From: the human T2T-CHM13v2.0 reference genome, Homo sapiens
Strand: one strand, 5' to 3'
Assembly: GCF_009914755.1 (NCBI RefSeq)
Contig: NC_060929.1
DNA length: 64,000 nucleotides
The notes under the pieces were generated by a model. That model ran no database searches, was not told the origin of the DNA, and saw nothing but the letters and a program-made list of their open reading frames with translations. Both the position numbers and the translations under genes were made by a program. How positions within the stretch are numbered: the first letter of the stretch is position 1; every line of letters starts with the position of its first letter. Below are positions 56,007 through 64,000 of this stretch, one piece after another.

Positions 56007-56837
56007 TTTTTATTTTATTTATTTATTTATTTACTTATTTATTATACTTTAAGTTCTAGGGTACATGTGCAGAACGTGCAGATTTGTTACATAGGTATAC
56101 ACGTGCCCTGGTGGTTTGCTGCACCCAATCAATCCATCACCTACATTAGGTATTTTTCCTAATGTTATCCCTCCCCTATCCCTCCACCCCCTGAAAGGCC
56201 CCAGTGTGTGAGGTTCCCCTCCCTGCGTCCATGTGTTCTCACTGTTCAGCTCCCACTTATGAGTGAGAACATGCAGTGTTTGGTTTTCTGATCTTGTGAT
56301 AGTTTGCTGAGAATAATGGATTCCAGCTTCATCCATGTCCCTGCGAAGGACATGAACTCATCCTTTTTTATGGCTGCATAGTATTCCGTGGTGTATATAT
56401 GCCACCTTTTCTTAATCCAGTCTATCATTGATGGGCATTTGGGTTGGTTCCAAGTCTTTGCTGTTGTGAATAGTGCCACAATAAACATACGTGTGAATGT
56501 GTCTCTATCATAGAATGATTTATAATCCTTTGGGTATATGCCCAGTAATGGGATTGCTGGGTCAAGTGGTGTTTCCAGTTCTAGATCCTTGAGGAATTGC
56601 CACACTGTCTTCCCCAATGGTTGAACTAATTTACACTCCCACCAACAGTGTAAAAGTGTTCCTATTTTTCCACAACCTCTCCAGCATCTGTTGTTTCCTG
56701 ACTTTTTAATTATCACCATTCTAAATGGCATGAGATAGTATCTCATTTTTGTTTTGATTTGCATATCTCTAATGACCAGTGATGATGAGCATTTTTTCAT
56801 ATGTCTGTTGGCTGCATCAGTATCTTCTTTTGAGAAG
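56007..56837 (-). mobile_element. 5'-truncated primate L1 (L1PA6/7-like), ORF2 C-terminus plus 3' UTR
   Basis: ORF 56246-56920 gives HMKKCSSSLVIRDMQIKT...[11 protein letters not shown]...DPAIPLLGIYPKDYKS...MFSLISGS; TSD agacac(ag/ga)gtttt at 55998 and 56838. Confidence 0.95.
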
Positions 56838-57153
56838 AGACACGAGTTTTTAAAGCGAAACTGACAAGGTCCATACAAGTTGTTTTGAAAGTTATCCTTG
56901 GCTACAAGGATTGATAACAAGAGTGGTGTCAGTCTGAGGCTGGATGGGCAGTGGGTGGGCAGACGTCCTCCCAGAAGAATTGACTGTGTGAGGTTGCAAT
57001 GGCTTTTGTGCAGGGCTATGGTTTTTTGCAGTCTTTTGCCGTGGTTATTATTAGGCAGTCTTATGTGAGAACTGCCCCCTTCATGGCCTTCCCCAGATCC
57101 ATCATGTCAGGGTTTGACACAAGTGCCTCCATTTTTATTCTGACAGCTTTCAC
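56838..57153 (-). mobile_element. ERV1 MER4-group-like LTR, probably the host of the L1PA insertion
   Basis: Ends gtcagggtttgacacaagtgcctccatttttattctgacagctttcaca, i.e. TGTGAAAGCTGTCAGAAT... on the minus strand. Confidence 0.5.
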
Positions 57154-57299
57154 AGATACCATTTTCAACGTGTAGATTTTTATCCACAGTGCGATTTTAC
57201 TGACAGCAGCTCCGAGAGCAGTGGAGTTGTGTGGACGGCCAGCTCCAGACAATGTGCCCAGATCGGGACACATTTAGACAGCAGATGGAACCAAGTTAA

Positions 57300-57636
57300 G
57301 GAGATAGGGAGATAGATTAGGGCAGGATACCTTGATAGGAAGAGGAGCTGGGCACAGTGACAGTCAGGAGCAGGTGACCACATGAAGACCAGGCAGAGAC
57401 TCAGGGGTGCATCCAGGAGCAAGGGAACCACCCCAGGGACAGCCAGAAGCACCAGGGCTGGAAGAAGCAAGAACCGATGCTTCCCAGCAGATGTCAGAAG
57501 GAAAATTCCCTACCGGGAATGCCTGGCTAACACCTTGACCACGGACTTCTGGTTTCTGGAACTGAGAGAGTAAGTTTCTGTTTTAGGGCACTCAGTATGT
57601 AGGGCTTTGTTTTGGGAGCCTCAGGAAACTGGTACA
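57300..57636 (+). mobile_element. MaLR LTR (MLT1B/C-like)
   Basis: atgaagaccaggcagagac...acaccttgacc.cggacttctgg...gagtaagtttctgtttta...cctcaggaaactggtaca. Confidence 0.65.
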
Positions 57637-58297
57637 AACCCAGTTAATAAATGATAGTCATGCATGCGTGGACAGAAAGAACATGTGCTTTCAATCTGTG
57701 AACTCTTCCCGGAGATCCCGCATTGTCTTGGAAGGAAGCGGGATCCATCTACATTCCTGGACTGGAAGCAAAAGGAAGGAGGGAGAGTTGTAGGGCTGAC
57801 TTCTGGGGACTCCGTGTGGTAGGGAGCATCCTTCTCACTCTTCTCAGACCAGAGCCTGCGGTATGAGGGCGTGACGGTGCTAGCTGCCACCACGTATTCT
57901 GTTACCAGAATGCCGCCTTTGCGGGAGGAAAGCCATTTTGGTTGGCGGCAGACATGCACCTGCAATTCTATTAGCGTGTGCTCCTTGGTTGGCTGTCTTT
58001 CCATGATGTGTGGGGCTGGTGCCTGTGGAACAGACTCTGACTGGTTCCCCAAAGGGGCTGGGCTTTCCTTGTGTTCCAAAGTCCAATTGATGGTTCCAGT
58101 TTGTGATACTTAAAGCTGCTTAGAGGAACCAGCTGCTGTTCTTTTACATCAGTTCGACCTCCAGTCATGGAGCTTATCTGGAGCCAAATAGTCTGTTTTT
58201 GCCAGAAATGTCCATCGCTTTTGTGAGCTCTTGGGGAGTCTCAGACACTACATGCTGCCCAGGGCTGTCTTTTCTGCAGGAACCTGGGAAATTATAT

Positions 58298-58500
58298 CAA
58301 TAGCAATAACTAACATTGGGGTGCTTGCTGTATGCAAATTATTCAATTTGCATGTGTTAAATAATTTAATTATGCACATGAATCCTCTGAGGTAAATGAC
58401 AGGATTATCTCCATTTTACACATGAGGAAACTGAGGCCCAGAATGATTGAGTAACTCACCCAAGAATCCCCAGGCAATCAGTGGTGGGAAGTGATCCAGG
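58298..58500 (-). mobile_element. MIR
   Basis: Core ctccattttacacatgaggaaactgaggcccaga...gtaactcacccaag. Confidence 0.75.
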
Positions 58501-58652
58501 CCCCACCCCTGTGACCCAGAGCGGCCCTGTCCAGGTCCATGCTGCCATACGTATTCAATTTTGAACATTATTTCCTGGAAAAACTCCGAGTTGTAGAATT
58601 AGTATATTGCAAAATCCTAATTTAAATAATCAATTTTTTTTAAGTGTCTTGA

Positions 58653-59000
<348 letters not shown>

Positions 59001-60183
59001 TAAAAATCAAAATCTTAATCATAATACAGTAGCAAATATTTTTGTTTCTATTCTAATTTTAAATCTGACCTAGTGTTTCCCTGTAATTATAACTTGGTTG
59101 ATTTAAAATACTCATAGCATGTTAAGAAAAAATTTTTATTTGGATGCTCACATTTGCTAGAAATTTGGATTTTATCAAATGTGACCTCCCTACCTCTCAA
59201 CTCATGGAGTTTTAATCTTAAATGCCTTGTGCCTTAAATGCTAAAACTATAGCATTTTCTTGAATTGATCTTTAAACCATCATGCAGAATTGACCAAGGA
59301 ATTTCTGATCAATGAAGCCAGCAAGCATAGAACATAGTTTGATATAGGAATGGCGTTTGGATGTCTCTCTGCCGTAGGGTGGGTTCACTGGGAAAGCGTA
59401 CACACTAAGGAGACAGGGCTGAAACAATTGCTCTCTACCCTGTCACCCTCAGTGGTGACATCCTTGCCCCCACCCTCCCACACCCCTTCATCTCCAGATC
59501 TCTATGCAAGGCTGCTTCCTCCAAGGCTGGCACGATCACCGCCACCATGGCCAGCCCTTGCCTCTGTCTCTGCCCATCATCCCAGCTGTGGAGTCGAGGA
59601 ACAGCCTGTCTCTCCAGAAGGAAAATTTCCTTCTACTACAGTAGGACAATTAAATGACAGTCTAGAGCATGAGCATTTATTTTTCTGCAATTAAGTGGCA
59701 GCTGCATCTCAACCAGATTGCTAAGGTGTTTGCTGTAGTAAGACCAGTTTCCCCTGGAGGCGTGACTCTAGAGTGAGCAGGGTAACCTGGAGTAGGCTTC
59801 TGACATTCCGACTTTCTTGAGTGCCTCAGTACCATCAGTTAAGGAATTCTAAAGATCCCTTCAGGTATATCCCTCACACTTCCCTTGCTTATTATTTGGA
59901 TATATTTTTACCAAAATTGCCAGCTTGTTTCCAAATTGTCCCAAAAAGCTAATTGGATTGTTGGACTAAGCAAAACTAGCTTGCAGATTATATCCCTTTG
60001 CAGTATTGATGGTCCACAGTGGAGTCACGAGTGCTAATTGAAACAGTAGCAGAGAATATTTCAGGTGTAAGTAGCCAGTGCTGAGGAATGTTCAATCTTT
60101 TCATTTTTCTATCTCAGATTCAAAGAATTTTTATATTTTTATAATTTACTACTTAGTCTTTATCAGCATGAGAAAAAAAATTA

Positions 60184-60463
60184 GGCCAGGCTCGGTGGCT
60201 CACGCCTGTAATCCCAGCACTTTGGGAGGACAAGGCAGGTAGATCGCCTGAGGTCAGGAGTTCCAGACCAGCCTGGCCAACATGGTAAAACTCCATCTCT
60301 ACTAAAAGTACAAAAAATTAGGCATTGTGGCAGACACCTGTAATTCCAGCTACTCGGGAGGCTGAGGCAGGGGAATCGCTTGAACCCGGGAGGCGGAGAG
60401 GTTGCAGTGAGCCGAGATCGCGCCATTGCACTCCAGCCTGGGAAAAGAGTGAAACTCCATCAC

Positions 60464-60490
<27 letters not shown>
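60184..60490 (+). mobile_element. Alu (AluSq-like)
   Basis: Full dimer with a long pure A tail. Confidence 0.95.
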
Positions 60491-60494
<4 letters not shown>

Positions 60495-61119
60495 GAACCA
60501 ACAATTTCACTGTTTGAAAACTCGCCACAAGAGACAAGCCTAAAGCAATCACTGCAGCTTCTGTTCCCCACACTGGCTTGCAGCCCCCCAGACCAGGTTC
60601 TTTCTCTCATTTGATGCTGCTGAATTATCTGGTTACATGTTTCTAATTCCAGCATCATGGGAAAGTAGTTTTACAACGATGCATTTACTGGGCACTTTCT
60701 TGACTGGAAAGCTCTGTTTATTCTAAGAGAAGGTATTTACAGAAACTACATAAGCTGGCAAGAGCAAGATAGACCCTACAGAGTTTCATACAACATTTAA
60801 GAACATTTTATTGTTTCCTTGTGGGGAGTAACTTTTCAGGCCATTGAAACATTGTTTCATGTAAAATTGTGTTTCACTCGTTGTGACCATTACTTCACCT
60901 TGTTTGAGCCAATTGTAAACAACCTGAGAAGCAATAGGGGAAAAATAGATGATCACTTTAACCTGTTCCCGGTGATTTCTGCCAAAGGACTGCAGTGCTG
61001 ATTTTCCAACTGGAAATACTGAATAATGTTGAGATACCGTGGCTTTCAGAGATGTTTCAGTTGTTTGAAAGTGTGAAGCATAAACACACGTTAAAATTTA
61101 ATTAAAAAATTGCAAGCTA

Positions 61120-61417
<298 letters not shown>

Positions 61418-64000
61418 TCAAGTTGATGAAATACTTGATGCACTCCTATTGCCTGGAATTATGAAGCTGGATAACTTGGAAGATCTTTGACATTTCTTGA
61501 GGTATTTCTTGTGATTCTTTCTAAACTGCCTCGTGCAGAGGCTTCTGTGGTTTTTGTAGACCCGCAGCAGCTCTGGTGAGTGCTCATCTGGATGCACCAG
61601 CCTCTGTGAAGTGGAGCCCACTCTGCTTGCTTCTTCATGAGCTGGCCGAGCTTCTCTGGTGTTCATGGAGTTTATTTTAGGAATTTCCTGTGTCCCAGCA
61701 GGAATTTTCTAATGCCAAAACTTTGGTTTACATCAACAAATCAATCAGTCCCTATCATGTGCAAGCTATGCTTGTTCACTAAAGAAAAACTTTTGGATCT
61801 ATGCCACTACTTACCCCTTGTAGCCCTACATTTGATTTTAGTTGTCTTAGTTAAGGAGAGCCCACAACAGATAAGCTCAGCGGCAGGGATGGAATTGAGA
61901 CATGTGTCTCAGTGTGAACATGGTTCTGCATCTGGTTAGCTGGGAGTTTTTTGGAGCTGCCCTCCTCCGCGTGCTGCTGTCACACAGACCCATTTTTTTC
62001 TTTTCGCGGTGGTGAATGGAAGCAGGACCTAAGCAATCACCTTCACCCCCACAGTCTCCAGAGGATGGGGATGCAGTCCTGAGCAAGTGTTTTCTCCAGG
62101 TTCGTCGGCCTGAGCACAGCCACAGGCTCCATTGCCCCAGAAACCAGCCCAGGGTCTTGCGTTGTGCTCCTTAAGTTCCCCTGACTACATAGCTCTCCCC
62201 AGGGCCCACTATTGTCAGCTTCTCCCAGAGAAGACGGGGTGGCAGGGTGGGGTGGTTATTCTTTGCACACTTCAATGCATGAAGAATTCACTGTTATTGA
62301 TCACCCTGATTCAGGCTTCAAGTTCTGATCATGGTGATGGAGAAATCTCTAAAAAGAGAATCAGGAGAACCTGCCTGCTCTTCCCTTGGATTGAAGGGAC
62401 CAACGTCCCAGCTCCCAGCACATCGGCCAGGCCTCAGGGGGCCGTGTGCACCGGGCAGTGAGAACCTGAAGAGGAGCTCTCCAGGCCCTCCCTGCCACCG
62501 CCCGCACCTGCCGGGCCCCTCGGCTCTGTTTCTTTCACTTCATGACTCTGAACTCTTGGCCCTTCACCCTGACCTCAGCCCAGCCTGTTTCATGGCCCAG
62601 CCTTGGGAGCTCAGTTCCCTCCCGCTGTGCTGAATGGATCCCCTCCCCAGGCCCTGATCCACTAGGGGCTTGCAGAGAGACCCCCACATTGGCCCTGGCC
62701 TCAGAGGCTGACCCTGCTTGGGGTCCCTCTGTACCTGGAGTGCTGCCAGGGGAGGTAGGAGCAGGCTGGGATCCTCTGTCCAAGGTGCCTCCAGATAGAG
62801 GGAGCCTTTTCACAGCACTGAGCTCTCCAGCCCTAGGTGCTCAGCGTGGCCGCAGCAGTTCCTGGGGCTCCCGCTCACAGTCACCCGACACCCAGCCACG
62901 AGGACAACAGCAGCCAGGGGCCACGCATCCCTCAGAGGCACACAACAGCAAATCGGCTAGGTAGGTAGGACAGTATTTAAGACTAAGCTCTTCCTCGGGT
63001 GTTTCACCTTTTATTTTTCTTTTCTCAGAGACAGGCAATATCTGCAGTTTATTGTAAATCAGCTTTTTTGGAGAAAGCACATATTTCCATTTAAAAGATG
63101 CTACAGGACTTCGCAACATCCTTGATGCTTTCACAAAGTCATTGCTACTTGAGGGTAAAAGCAAGTAACCCAGAGACCTGGGGACTCTGCAGGGAAAGGA
63201 GGTGGGCAGAGCATCCTGCTGGGGCAGGGTCCGCAGGGCCCGAGGGCAGGGGAGGTGTTTGGGCTGGAAGGAGGGCACTGCTGGTAGACAGGAGTGGGTG
63301 CAGAATGTCCAGGCCCCCGGATGCCTCAAGGTGGGCACTTGGTCTGTGGATCAGGAGCCAGCAGACATTTGTCCGGATGGGATGGTGGCTCCGCTTACTC
63401 AGCCAGAGATGGGGAAAGAATAACTTTGGAAGAGCAGGGTCATGAGGTGTGGGACACCATGGCACCCACAGGGTCATGCAGCAGGGGCTGGGGACATCAG
63501 CCTGAAAAGGAGGAGCTGCCTCTGAGGGAGGAGGAGTGAAGGGAGAGTGCAGTCCATCCTCAGGCAGCTTCCCCGTCCCCCAGGAGCCTCTATTATACTT
63601 GGGCAGCTCCCAAGACCACTCAGACACAGTCTGTCTCCTCTGTGCTCTCTGAGGTCACTGAAGCCTGAGTATGGAGCCACTTGAACTCTGGACAATGAAG
63701 GAAGCCTTTGGAACCAAGAATTGGTTTAAACAAATTCTGAAGGATCCGTAGGGCTTGGTCAGTGGACGTGCAGGACAGGGCTTGCCTGCAGATGGAGCAC
63801 CCTGATGCGGGAGAAACACAGGCAGGTTTTGAGCCCCTCCAGGAGTCCATCTGCGTGCAGAAGTTCTGGGTGGAGGAAGAACAAAGTGGGGAGTCAGCCC
63901 AAGGTGGAGGATGGTCTCCTCTTGCTTTTACAAATGAAAGTGCTCATTGGAAAATGACAGAGTCTGCAGCCACAGTGGGATCCTCTGGCCCCGTGAGTCA

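Noticed and set aside
56246-56920. 224-aa ORF as a gene
   Set aside because: It is the C-terminus of L1 ORF2 in a 5'-truncated L1PA, extended into flanking sequence from a non-ATG start.

Overview
This is human (or very closely related hominid) genomic DNA from the Iroquois-A cluster, which is 5p15.33 in human. The first ~6.2 kb is a CpG-island complex. It holds the first coding exon of IRX2 (- strand, ATG 426, donor after 178) head-to-head with C5orf38/CEI/IRX2-DT (+ strand, 4 exons, 1278-4391) across a CCAAT/ETS/GC-box bidirectional promoter. The remaining ~57 kb has no credible protein-coding gene. It is gene desert containing ~16 Alus, old and young L1s, MaLR/ERV LTRs, L2/MIR/CR1 remnants and some repeat-poor, motif-dense candidate enhancers (48-52.6 kb). 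The most structured region is 32.8-37.75 kb. There a Tigger1 DNA transposon sits in a 33-39 bp minisatellite, and a ~590 bp local inversion has flipped its 5' terminus and part of the minisatellite. A full-length HIBCH processed pseudogene and then an Alu inserted at the same site near its 3' end. I found no evidence of a wholly new biological system; the findings are structural and regulatory hypotheses. Repeat subfamily names and parent-gene comparisons come from recalled consensus sequences, not a search, and old-repeat boundaries are approximate.
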